Shown: one piece after another, positions 39,349 to 48,488 of the stretch | Layout: every line of letters starts with the position of its first letter | Numbering within the stretch: the stretch's first letter is position 1 | Assembly (NCBI GenBank): GCA_018818405.1 | Contig: JAHIRY010000038.1 | Span: forward strand, 35,449-99,448 | Direction of reading: 5' to 3' | DNA length: 64,000 bases | Source: Patescibacteria group bacterium | Lineage (GTDB): Bacteria; Patescibacteriota; Patescibacteriia; UBA11705; JABHMO01 | Notes under the pieces: model-generated | The model's database searches: none | Seen by the model: the letters and a program-made list of their open reading frames with translations, nothing else | What the model was told of the DNA's origin: nothing | Position numbers and translations under genes: made by a program

Positions 39349-40035
39349 CTACCGAACCCTGCAAACCCCGAACCAATCTTCAAATTTCCGACAGATTTCC
39401 TGCAATTGTCTTTTCGTATAAATATTCTCACTGATAAAATCCATATTTACCAGCTTTACCGCCGGACGGAATTGCTGGAGAAAAAATTTGTCAGCGCCTT
39501 TTACCTGCTCCGCCATTGCGACAATGTCATCTTCGGAATGAAGGCGCGGCAAAACAGTGGAACGAAATTCATGAGGCAATCCGCTCTCTTTTATTATTAT
39601 AACACTTTTCTTGATTGAATCTAAATCAACTTTGCGGCCGATAATTTGCGGATACTTTTCCCACGGAAATTTTATATCCATCGCCAGATAATCAACCAGC
39701 TTTGCCTTTACAAGATTTTCCAACACTTCCGGCCGGCTGCCGTTGGTGTCGATTTTTATGAGATAATCCAAATCTTTTAATTTTCCGACAAAAGAAATCA
39801 GATCATTCTGCACTGTCGGCTCTCCGCCGGTAATGCAAACCGCGTCAGTCAAATTTTTTCTTTTTTTCAAAAAATTCAAAACCGTTGACACCGGAATCAC
39901 CCGCGAAATTCCCTTGACAATTTCCGGATTATGACAAAAAGAGCAGCGAAAATTACACCCGATGGTGAAGATTGTCGCTGCCACTTTGTCCGGATAATCA
40001 ATGAGAGTTGTCTTCTGGAGTCCCCCGATTAACAT
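39349..40035 (-). CDS. nrdG: anaerobic ribonucleoside-triphosphate reductase activating enzyme
   Basis: LIDYP, GCNFRCSFCHNP, ITGGEPT, DTNGS, AMDIK. Confidence 0.92.
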   Translation of the reverse strand: MLIGGLQKTTLIDYPDKVAATIFTIGCNFRCSFCHNPEIVKGISRVIPVSTVLNFLKKRKNLTDAVCITGGEPTVQNDLISFVGKLKDLDYLIKIDTNGSRPEVLENLVKAKLVDYLAMDIKFPWEKYPQIIGRKVDLDSIKKSVIIIKESGLPHEFRSTVLPRLHSEDDIVAMAEQVKGADKFFLQQFRPAVKLVNMDFISENIYTKRQLQEICRKFEDWFGVCRVR

Positions 40036-40110
40036 TTGATTTCAATTAATCCAATCGAGTATTTAACGCGATTTTAAAAACAAAGAATTATAACAGATTA
40101 AACTTTTTAT

Positions 40111-40254
40111 CTATTTATTCAACATGCGGCTGAATGTTTTTCTGTCGCCGAATTCAGCTTTTTTTCCGTCATTCCACCGCTGAATCGGACTCAAGTATCC
40201 GACAACCCGTGAATAAACCTCGCATTTTTGTCTCTCAAGTTTTCTTGCTGCCAT
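40111..40254 (-). CDS. stand-alone NrdD glycyl-radical domain (47 aa; 51 aa if started at 40266)
   Basis: Hand translation: MAARKLERQKCEVYSRVVGYLSPIQRWNDGKKAEFGDRKTFSRMLNK*. Matches the NrdD C-terminal consensus. Confidence 0.9.
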   Translation of the reverse strand: MAARKLERQKCEVYSRVVGYLSPIQRWNDGKKAEFGDRKTFSRMLNK

Positions 40255-40300
40255 AATTTTTTTCATTTTATTTTTATTAAATTAAATTCTTTTTTTCGCT

Positions 40301-42367
40301 TTATTGAAATTGCTTTACTTCATTCGCCAGCAGAATATTCTCCGCATATCCCATTTCTTCGTCGCATGTCGGACAATATTCATATTCTCCTTCCAGATAT
40401 CCATGAATCGGACAAACGCTGAATGTGGGAGTAATGGTAAAATACGGCAAACGGAAATTTTCCGCGATTTTCCGAACCAATGCTTTTGTGCTCTCGGCCG
40501 ACGGCAGGCTCTCGCCGACAAATCCGTGCAAAACCGTTCCGCCGGTATAGCGCGTCTGCAATTCATCTTGCAATCTCAACGCTTCGAAAATATCATCAGT
40601 GTAATTCACCGGCAGATGAGTGGAATTCGTATAATACGGCGCAGCGCCGGTATTTTTGCACGCTTGTTCATTGGCAACGACAATTTCCGGATATTTTTCC
40701 TTGTCCAATCGGGCGAAACGATAAGAAGTTCCTTCAGCCGGAGTTGCTTCCAGATTGAAAAGCTCATTGCTGGCATTCTGATAATCCATCAGCCGCTCGC
40801 GCATGAAATCCAATAATTGCATTGCGAATTTGTGTCCTTCCGGAGCGGCGATATTTTCTCCCAACAAATTCAAGCAAGCTTCATTCGCGCCATTCAGTCC
40901 GATGGTATTGAAATGATTTTTCCAATATTCGCCGAAACGTTCCTTGATCCCGGTCAGATAATGTCTGGAATACGGATACAGACCGCCGTCAATGAATTTT
41001 TCCAAAATTCCGCGCTTCACTTTCAAGCTGTCTCTCGCCAGATCCATGAGTCTTGCCAATTGTTCAAAAAATTCTTCTTTTGTTTTCGACAAATATCCGA
41101 GCCGAGCCAAATTGATAGTCACAACTCCGATCGAGCCGGTCAGCGGATTGGCGCCGAAAAGTCCGCCTCCTCTTTTTCTCAATTCCCTATTGTCCAGACG
41201 CAGTCGGCAACACATGCTTCGCGCATCTTCCGGCGACATGTCGCTGTTGATAAAATTTGAAAAATACGGAATTCCGTATTTCGCGGTCATTCCCATTATT
41301 TTTTCAATAATCGGCGCTTCCCAATTCCAATCTTTGCTCACATTGTAAGTCGGAATCGGCCAGCTCAGAACTCTGCCCTTGCGATCGCCCTCGGTCATTA
41401 CTTCTATAAACGCCTGATTGAACATGTCCATTTCAACTTGATATTCGCCGTAAGTTTCATTTTGCGGTTCGCCGCCGATGAGAACTTGTTCATTCGCCAG
41501 ATTGCTAGGAACGAACAGATCCAGCGTCACATTGGTAAACGGAGTTTGAAAACCCACGCGCGTCGGCACATTCATATTGAAGAGGAACATTTGCACTTGC
41601 TGTTTCACCTGATCGTAATTCAAATTGTCATAACGGATAAACGGCGCGACCAAAGTATCCAAATTCGAAACAGCCTGCGCTCCTGCCGCCTCGCCCTGCA
41701 ATGTATAGAAAAAATTTACCAATTGGCTGAGAGCGGTTGTCAAATGTTTCGGCGGTTTGCTCTCCACTTTTCCGCGCACTCCGCCAAATCCGCGCAACAT
41801 CAAATCCTGCAAATCCCAACCGCAACAATATGGCGCCAGAAGTTGAAGATCATGAATATGAAAATCGCCCTGCACATGCGCGTCTCTGATTTCCGGAGAA
41901 TAAACTTTGTTCAGCCAATAATTCGTACTGATTGTAGATGCAACATAATTGTTCAATCCCTGAAGAGAATAATCCATGTTGCTGTTTTCGCGCACTTTCC
42001 AGTCCAACTGTTTCAAATATCCCTCCATCAATTCATCGGAATTTATCATGTTCTGAATATCGCGCATTTTCGAATGCTGATCGCGATATATGATGTAATA
42101 CTTTGCAACTCGCAACAGTTTGCTTTCGATTAAAATATTTTCAACAATATCCTGAATCTCTTCAACCGCGGGAATTGATCTCTCATGAAATTTTTTGTTC
42201 AATGTCTCAACCACCAAATCCGATAATGCCTCGGCTTTTTCCCGGTCAGGCTCGCCGGCCGCACGCATTGATTTAAAAATAGCCAATACTATTTTTTCCT
42301 GATCAAAATCAACGATTCGGTCGTCTCTTTTTCTTATTTGAATGATTTTGTTGGCAGAATAGGTCAT
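40301..42367 (-). CDS. nrdD: class III ribonucleotide reductase with ATP-cone, lacking the Gly-radical tail
   Basis: ATP-cone (KRD...FDQEKI...VEEIQDIVE), FHIHD, PYCCGW, RSMCCRL, YTGGTVLH, CPIH...CPTC. Confidence 0.94.
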   Translation of the reverse strand: MTYSANKIIQIRKRDDRIVDFDQEKIVLAIFKSMRAAGEPDREKAEALSDLVVETLNKKFHERSIPAVEEIQDIVENILIESKLLRVAKYYIIYRDQHSKMRDIQNMINSDELMEGYLKQLDWKVRENSNMDYSLQGLNNYVASTISTNYWLNKVYSPEIRDAHVQGDFHIHDLQLLAPYCCGWDLQDLMLRGFGGVRGKVESKPPKHLTTALSQLVNFFYTLQGEAAGAQAVSNLDTLVAPFIRYDNLNYDQVKQQVQMFLFNMNVPTRVGFQTPFTNVTLDLFVPSNLANEQVLIGGEPQNETYGEYQVEMDMFNQAFIEVMTEGDRKGRVLSWPIPTYNVSKDWNWEAPIIEKIMGMTAKYGIPYFSNFINSDMSPEDARSMCCRLRLDNRELRKRGGGLFGANPLTGSIGVVTINLARLGYLSKTKEEFFEQLARLMDLARDSLKVKRGILEKFIDGGLYPYSRHYLTGIKERFGEYWKNHFNTIGLNGANEACLNLLGENIAAPEGHKFAMQLLDFMRERLMDYQNASNELFNLEATPAEGTSYRFARLDKEKYPEIVVANEQACKNTGAAPYYTNSTHLPVNYTDDIFEALRLQDELQTRYTGGTVLHGFVGESLPSAESTKALVRKIAENFRLPYFTITPTFSVCPIHGYLEGEYEYCPTCDEEMGYAENILLANEVKQFQ

Positions 42368-42405
42368 AATTACTGACTAATAAAAATTAAATAATGGTAA
42401 GATAG

Positions 42406-42474
42406 TAAGCGAGATAAGCAAGAAAGAGAGATAAGCAAGTTAAGTTTATCCCGCCCTCGGTGGAACGAGTTAAG
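42406..42474. repeat. dispersed intergenic repeat, copy 2
   Basis: TAAGCGAGATAAGCAAGAAAGAGAGATAAGCAAGTTAAGTTTATCCCGCCCTCGGTGGAACGAGTTAAG. Matches 8749-8792. Confidence 0.7.
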
Positions 42475-42721
42475 TTATAATTCGCAATTATTCCTACAAG
42501 CTAAACAGCTACAACTTTTACAAATTAAAAAAAGATAGCCCCGCAAGCATATAAATCATCTCCATATGCTTAACTACATTATACGCCAATTGCAATGTCA
42601 CGGCAACTTACCGAATATTAAATTTTTTCACCTAAAAATCAGAAAAATTAAGTGTCGCCAAATTTTCAGGGAAATGCATTCTTTGTACTGTGGATAAATA
42701 AAAACTCGATTCATCTATTAC

Positions 42722-42746
42722 AAAACCCGGACAATTGCCCGGGTTT
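42722..42746 (-). terminator. terminator after ftsZ
   Basis: AAAACCCGG.CAATTG.CCGGGTTT. Confidence 0.7.
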
Positions 42747-42766
42747 AAACTATTTTAAAGTTTATT

Positions 42767-44080
42767 TTACATCATTTTTCGTCGAATAAATGCCGGGATT
42801 TCCAGATCTTCATCATCATTTGAAAGCAAATCATCATTTGAAGAATTCGACTCCTCCTGTTTATATCTGCTAAAATCATCCAACTGCGGCGGTTGTTGCC
42901 TCGGTTGTTGTTGCGGTTGTTGCTGAGGTTGCGGTTGCTGTTGCGGCTGTTGCGCCGGTTTTTCCGGCCGGCGGAAATCAAACAACGGTCGTTCTTCTTC
43001 CCGTTCCTTTGGCGCCGGAATCGGTTCTTCGCGAGGACGGATAGGAGCCGCAAAAAAATTCGGCGTTGGCTGTACCGGCTGAGAATTGGAATTTATTTTC
43101 GGAACAGATGAGAACGAAGCGGGAGATTTTTCATCAAATCCGGTTGCCACCACAGTCACTTTTATCTGCTCCTTTAAATTTTCATCAATAACCGCGCCAA
43201 AAATGATTCTCGCGTCATTGTCAGCTGATTCTGTGATTGTCTTTGCCGCTTCGCTCACTTCATACATAGACAAATCCGGTCCACCGGTGACTGTAAACAA
43301 TATTCCTTTCGCGCCTTCTATGGAAATTTCCAAAAGAGGACTGGCGATCGCGGCTCGCGCCGCTTCGACCGCGCGATCATCACCGCCCGCTTCGCCGATT
43401 CCCATGAGCGCTGAACCGCTGTTTTCCAAAATTGTTCTTAAATCAGCAAAATCAATATTGATCAAACCGGGCAGAGTGATCAATTCGGAAATTCCTTGCA
43501 CACCCTGACGCAGAACTTCATCCATAACCATGAAAGCCTCGATGAGCGGAGTTTTTTTGTCTATAATCTGCCAAATCTGATCATTGGGAATTGTTATCAA
43601 AGTATCCACTTTTCCTTTGAACTCTTTTAATGCTTCTTCCGCGATTTTCTTTCGCGGCGCGCCTTCAAATGAAAACGGTCTGGTCACTACCGCGATTGTA
43701 AGAGCTCCGATCTCTCTGGCAACTTCCGCGATCTTCGGTCCTGCGCCGGAACCTGTTCCTCCGCCCGCCCCGCATGTAATAAAAACCAGATCAGCGCCTT
43801 CCAATGCTTCTTTAATTTCCATTTGCGATTCTTCGGCCGCTTTTCTACCGATACTCGGGTTCATGCCAGCGCCCAATCCTCGGGTCGTCCCCTTTCCGAT
43901 GTGAATTTTATTTCCAGCCAAATTTGCATAGAGAGCTTGCAAATCATCATCCACAACAATAAATTCAACCCCTTTAATGCGAGATTGAATCATTCGATTA
44001 ATTGACGCTCCGCCAGCCCCTCCCACGCCCACTACCTTGATTCTGGCAAATGTTTGTATTTCCGGTTTTACTTCTGGCAT
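42767..44080 (-). CDS. ftsZ: cell division protein FtsZ
   Basis: GVGGAG, GLGAG, GGGTGSG, INIDFAD, Q/P-rich linker, terminal LEIPAFIR. Confidence 0.98.
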   Translation of the reverse strand: MPEVKPEIQTFARIKVVGVGGAGGASINRMIQSRIKGVEFIVVDDDLQALYANLAGNKIHIGKGTTRGLGAGMNPSIGRKAAEESQMEIKEALEGADLVFITCGAGGGTGSGAGPKIAEVAREIGALTIAVVTRPFSFEGAPRKKIAEEALKEFKGKVDTLITIPNDQIWQIIDKKTPLIEAFMVMDEVLRQGVQGISELITLPGLINIDFADLRTILENSGSALMGIGEAGGDDRAVEAARAAIASPLLEISIEGAKGILFTVTGGPDLSMYEVSEAAKTITESADNDARIIFGAVIDENLKEQIKVTVVATGFDEKSPASFSSVPKINSNSQPVQPTPNFFAAPIRPREEPIPAPKEREEERPLFDFRRPEKPAQQPQQQPQPQQQPQQQPRQQPPQLDDFSRYKQEESNSSNDDLLSNDDEDLEIPAFIRRKMM

Positions 44081-44154
44081 ATCATCGGCAGTTAATGTTA
44101 TTCATACAAAAAGACTTTTCAATTCCTCGATTTAATTATTTAATCATATTATTC

Positions 44155-45405
44155 TTATGAAATCAAATGCTTGAACCAATTTTTTATTTTGTCGGAAGTT
44201 TCTCTGACTGACATGAATTTATTGGAAAAATTAAATCGTCCGCCGCCTTTTTCATTCAACACATTATATCCCCACATCACCAGGCCCAAGGCCGTTGCGA
44301 ATGACAAATCATTCACCTTGTCAACCGCGGTATTGAATCTTCGGCTCACGCCGAGAGAAACCGGCAGCATTGATTTCTTTTTGCCCACTTCTATAATTCC
44401 GGGCAATTTCGCTCCGCCTCCGATCAACATTATCCCGGCAGGCAAGAGTCCGCTGCGATTTATTTTCTGCAATTCTCCGTCTATTTTTTCAAAAATCTCT
44501 TCTGTTCTCGCTTCAATTATTTCAGCAATATATTTTTTTGAAAAAGTTTGATCATCGCCGCCGAAATCGCGCAGATTTATTTCCACTCCCTTGTCAAAAA
44601 CACCGGGGATTGAATGCCCGACTTCCAATTTGATGCGCTCGGCAACATCAAGCGATGTCTGAAGTCCGATCGCCAGATCAGCTGTAATATGATCCGAACC
44701 AAGCGGCAAAACCGCGACATGAATCACATCGCCTTCTTCAAAAACGATTATTTTTGTTGTTGACGCTCCGATATCAACCAATGCAACGCCCAATTCTCGC
44801 TGTCGGACAGAAAGAACCGCTTCCGCTGCCGCCAAAAAAGACAGCACCAAATCATTGATATCCAAACCGGTGCGATAAATTCCTTTTGTTAAATTTTTAA
44901 TATGAGAGCTGAGTCCGCGCACTACCTGAGTGGATACTTCCAGCCGAATTCCCGACATTCCGATGGGATCTTTGATACCGATCTGATTGTCAATGGAAAA
45001 AGTCTTTGGAATTACATGCAAAACTTCATAATTTACCGGAGCCGCCACCGAGCGCGCGGCTTCTATTACTCTCTCAACGTCATTTTCCTGAATTTCTCCG
45101 CTGGTTCTGGAAATCGCGATCACGCCATTGCTTTCCTGAGAATTGATATGAGTTCCTCCCAATCCGACCCAAGCATTTTCAATCGGAAGGCCGATCATTC
45201 GTTCGGCTTTTTCCAAACAAGCGGAAATACTGGAAACCGCGTCTTCAATACTAACAACCGAGCCTTTGTTCAGGCCGGCTGACGGGACTTCCACCACGCC
45301 AATGATATTCAATTGTTCGGCTTCACTGTTCTTTGTGATTTGCCCTACCACTATACGAACATTGGCAGAGCCAACATCCAAGCCGGTTATTATATGTTCT
45401 GCCAT
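44155..45405 (-). CDS. ftsA: cell division protein FtsA
   Basis: GLDVGS, DPIGMSGIRLE, VDIGASTT, IIEARTEEI, GGGAKLPG. Confidence 0.96.
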   Translation of the reverse strand: MAEHIITGLDVGSANVRIVVGQITKNSEAEQLNIIGVVEVPSAGLNKGSVVSIEDAVSSISACLEKAERMIGLPIENAWVGLGGTHINSQESNGVIAISRTSGEIQENDVERVIEAARSVAAPVNYEVLHVIPKTFSIDNQIGIKDPIGMSGIRLEVSTQVVRGLSSHIKNLTKGIYRTGLDINDLVLSFLAAAEAVLSVRQRELGVALVDIGASTTKIIVFEEGDVIHVAVLPLGSDHITADLAIGLQTSLDVAERIKLEVGHSIPGVFDKGVEINLRDFGGDDQTFSKKYIAEIIEARTEEIFEKIDGELQKINRSGLLPAGIMLIGGGAKLPGIIEVGKKKSMLPVSLGVSRRFNTAVDKVNDLSFATALGLVMWGYNVLNEKGGGRFNFSNKFMSVRETSDKIKNWFKHLIS

Positions 45406-45596
45406 AAATAATGAATGTACAAAACTAATAGTAAAAACTATCTTTTTGTCGTTTTTTTGTTTTATTTTTGTTTTTTATCATGAATCCCGCTCGATCGCGA
45501 GCTGGATGCTAATACCAGTATAGAATAATTTTTAAAAAACTCCAACTAACAAATTTATTCACATGAACAAAAAGTTATGTGAATTCGAGCAATTTT

Positions 45597-45956
45597 CTAG
45601 TTCAAAAAATACGGAACAAATATAAGCAAAGCAATCGCCGCGCTCGCCATTGCGGAAACCAGAACAACCGCTGACATAATATCCTTTATTTCTCCTACAT
45701 ATTCATGCAGTCGAGGCTTGAACATATCCACAAGCCGTTCAAATGCGGTGTTTAACATTTCCAGAATAATCACTGCCGCGATCATCAAAATTATCAGGCA
45801 CCATTGCCACAACTTTATCTGCAAATACACTGACAAAAAAACCACAACCATGGTCGCAATCAATTGAAGACGGAAATTCTGTTCCTTTTTCACCAAAAAA
45901 GAAAAACCTCGGAAAGCGAACTTAAAACTCCGCGCCAATCGCTTTAAATTAATCAT
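45597..45956 (-). CDS. dgkA: diacylglycerol/undecaprenol kinase
   Basis: SFKFAFRG...EQNFR...EMLNTAFE..VD...IKD. Confidence 0.9.
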   Translation of the reverse strand: MINLKRLARSFKFAFRGFSFLVKKEQNFRLQLIATMVVVFLSVYLQIKLWQWCLIILMIAAVIILEMLNTAFERLVDMFKPRLHEYVGEIKDIMSAVVLVSAMASAAIALLIFVPYFLN

Positions 45957-46371
45957 AAAATAATTTTAATATTTTTTTCTCCAGCGCTTCCATTTTTTCA
46001 GCTTCCGTCTCTTTTTCATGATCATAACCGAGCAAATGCAGATAACCGTGAAGCGCCAATCGCGCCAATTCATCGGTCAATCCGTTTTCAGCCTGGCGTT
46101 TTGCCCGGCTCGGACTGATAATAATCTCGCCCAGCGGTTCTTCCGGCAATTCAGCGCTCGGCTCTCCGCAAAAAGACAAAACATCGGTCGCCTTGTCTTT
46201 CTTCCTGTAAATGCGATTCAACTTCTTGATCTGATAATCGGAAACCAACGCAAGAGAGATCAACTGTTTCTTGTTAATTTTCAATAATTTTTGCGCTAAA
46301 CTCAATAAATCATTCAATTGCTTTTTCGGCGCTCTAAATTTTGTCTGATTATTTATTTCCAGTATTATCAT
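45949..46371 (-). CDS. ybeY: rRNA maturation endoribonuclease
   Basis: TDVLSF, GEIIIS, HGYLHLLGYDH. Confidence 0.95.
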   Translation of the reverse strand: MIILEINNQTKFRAPKKQLNDLLSLAQKLLKINKKQLISLALVSDYQIKKLNRIYRKKDKATDVLSFCGEPSAELPEEPLGEIIISPSRAKRQAENGLTDELARLALHGYLHLLGYDHEKETEAEKMEALEKKILKLFYD

Positions 46372-46397
46372 AATTCATCAGTCTTTCGGCAATAATA

Positions 46398-47486
46398 TTA
46401 TTTCGTCAAAAATTGAAAACTGTTTACAATCATGCCAAACAATGCCGGAAAATCAGCTGTTTCCTTCAGACCGATATTATAATTGATAATGTAAACTGTG
46501 TCCTCTTTTGCCAGATAAACGGTAAAAGCATCCGGACTTTCGATCACTGTCAATTTTTCAGTTGTGGTATAGGATTTCAAATCGGATTTGTTTACATCCG
46601 GAGCTTTTTCCAGATACCAATCTTCCAGACTTTGCTCCGGCGCTTTTTCCGACATCAGAACATTTACAAATTCATTGCGCGCTGAAGTGATCATAACATC
46701 TCGACCGGCTTCATCCACAGCATTCAAAAGCCATGTGGACGGATACAAGAGACTATAACCCCATTGTTCATTTGTATATAATTTCACAAAATCTTTTTCC
46801 GACAACATGACAGCTGTCGCGTCAATCGGGCTGTAAAGATTTTTCAATTCACCTCCATCCGGATAACCATCGCCGTCAGTGTCTGACAATCCCGCGTTAG
46901 TTCCGATTAAATTTTCCTCAACATCAGTCAATCCGTCTTTGTCAGTATCAAGACTGCCAACCATGGAAAGAGCTGTTTGGCGAATTTTAGATGGATCAAA
47001 TGCTTCTATTTCCGGAATTTCCTCTTCCGCAACTTCAGTTTCAACTACCGGAATCTCCGTAATTGCGACTTCCTCTTCCGGAACAACAGGAACTTCAACT
47101 GCCGGCGCGGCCGGCGCTTCGCCCAACTGCGGAGTCACTGCCGGAGCCGGTGTTTGCATGCTTTGATACAAGAGCCAGGCAGAACCGGCGACAAGCACAA
47201 CCAAAATTATTATCACAATGATTGTCAATCCTTTTTTACCGCCCTTCTTTTCTCCGGCCGGAGCGGCAACATTTCCCGAAACGCCGGCAGATGTTTTTAC
47301 TCCTTGATAATATTCCATTGGCATGGTGTGAATAACTTCCGCGCCAACAGGTTCAGCGGTTTTAACAGGAGCGCTCGCTTCCATCGGTTGAGCCGGTGCA
47401 ACGGGCGGCGGAGGCGCGGCAACTTGCGGTGCCGGAACTGCGGCCGGCGTCGGTTGATTTTGTTTTGGTGTCAAATCATCGAACAT
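46398..47486 (-). CDS. Pro-rich single-pass membrane protein with DxDxDG repeats and PsbP-like C-terminus
   Basis: MFDD start, Pro/Ala-rich region, TM helix, DTDKDGLTDVEE/DTDGDGYPD, YSLLYPSTW...IVNSFQF. Confidence 0.8.
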   Translation of the reverse strand: MFDDLTPKQNQPTPAAVPAPQVAAPPPPVAPAQPMEASAPVKTAEPVGAEVIHTMPMEYYQGVKTSAGVSGNVAAPAGEKKGGKKGLTIIVIIILVVLVAGSAWLLYQSMQTPAPAVTPQLGEAPAAPAVEVPVVPEEEVAITEIPVVETEVAEEEIPEIEAFDPSKIRQTALSMVGSLDTDKDGLTDVEENLIGTNAGLSDTDGDGYPDGGELKNLYSPIDATAVMLSEKDFVKLYTNEQWGYSLLYPSTWLLNAVDEAGRDVMITSARNEFVNVLMSEKAPEQSLEDWYLEKAPDVNKSDLKSYTTTEKLTVIESPDAFTVYLAKEDTVYIINYNIGLKETADFPALFGMIVNSFQFLTK

Positions 47487-47525
47487 ACAATATTTAAAAT
47501 AAAAATTAATTCGCAATGAATTTTT

Positions 47526-47669
47526 ATCGTTTCATGGCGGTGTAGAGACGCATTGCAATGCGTCGCTACATCGCCATGAAGCGATGACGGCGGCGTGTGT
47601 TTTGTCGCGACAATATACGGCGCGGCGGTAAGTAGCGGCGGGTCTAGACCCGCCGCTACTTACCGCCGC
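47526..47669. repeat. two long palindromes with GTAG...CTAC REP-like cores
   Basis: Near-perfect 60-bp palindrome at 47526-47585 and perfect 48-bp palindrome at 47622-47669. Confidence 0.9.
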
Positions 47670-47693
47670 TACACATTTTCAAAAAATAAACAA

Positions 47694-48464
47694 TTACAAT
47701 TTCCCCGGACCATTCGGATTATAACCGCCGTCCACCTCGTCGCCATCGCTGTAAGTATCTTTGTCAGTATCAGGATCCAGCGGATTTGTTTTGTGAACTT
47801 TTACTTCATCATAATCAGACAAACCGTCTCCGTCAGTATCAACAACTTTTTCATCTGTTTTCAATTCCATTTCTTCAGCATCAGTCAGTCCGTCTCCGTC
47901 AGTATCAAGACTATCATTGGTCGGCGCAACATTCGCCTCCACCGGTTTTGGAATTTCAACCGCAGGCGTCGGAGTCGGCTTTGCGGGCGCCGGTTCTATT
48001 GTTTCTTTTATAACTTGCACATTTTGATCGACAATGACAAAAGGATTTTTTTCTCCTTCCAAGCGCGCCGATATAAATCCATACAAAACATAACCCGAAG
48101 CGCCGAGCAATATTAAAAGCAATACAAGCACGGCAATCCATTTCACTTTTCCGGGACTTGACGGCGCGGGCATTGCCGGCTGAGTCGGCATATTTGCCGC
48201 TGGCGGAGAAACCGGAGCCGACGGTTTAATGTTTTCATAAATATCAACAACTTTTTGTTCGCCTGTCGGTGCCGGGTTCAATGGTTGTTGCATCGGAGCC
48301 GAAACATTCGGCGCGGGCGCAACCGGCGGAGGCGTTGGAACCGCGGGTTGCGGTACGGAAGCTGGAACCATTGGTTGAGGAGCCGGAGCCGGCGGAGTTG
48401 TTGATTGCGGAGCCGGAACAGCTGGCTGAGTCGGCGCACTTGATTGCGATTGATCATCAAACAT
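47694..48464 (-). CDS. Pro-rich single-pass membrane protein with three TSP3-like DxDxDG repeats
   Basis: MFDD start, TM helix, DTDGDGLTDAEE / DTDGDGLSDYDE / DTDKDTYSDGDE. Confidence 0.82.
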   Translation of the reverse strand: MFDDQSQSSAPTQPAVPAPQSTTPPAPAPQPMVPASVPQPAVPTPPPVAPAPNVSAPMQQPLNPAPTGEQKVVDIYENIKPSAPVSPPAANMPTQPAMPAPSSPGKVKWIAVLVLLLILLGASGYVLYGFISARLEGEKNPFVIVDQNVQVIKETIEPAPAKPTPTPAVEIPKPVEANVAPTNDSLDTDGDGLTDAEEMELKTDEKVVDTDGDGLSDYDEVKVHKTNPLDPDTDKDTYSDGDEVDGGYNPNGPGKL

Positions 48465-48488
48465 AATATTTTTCTATTATCGATTTAA

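Noticed and set aside
40255-40303. nrdD split as a simple frameshift error
   Set aside because: Both frames are closed by stops in the gap, and the small ORF has its own ATGs.
42545-42571. AAGCATAT-N11-ATATGCTT upstream of nrdD as NrdR boxes
   Set aside because: The inverted repeat is real but matches the NrdR consensus poorly, so it is not assignable.
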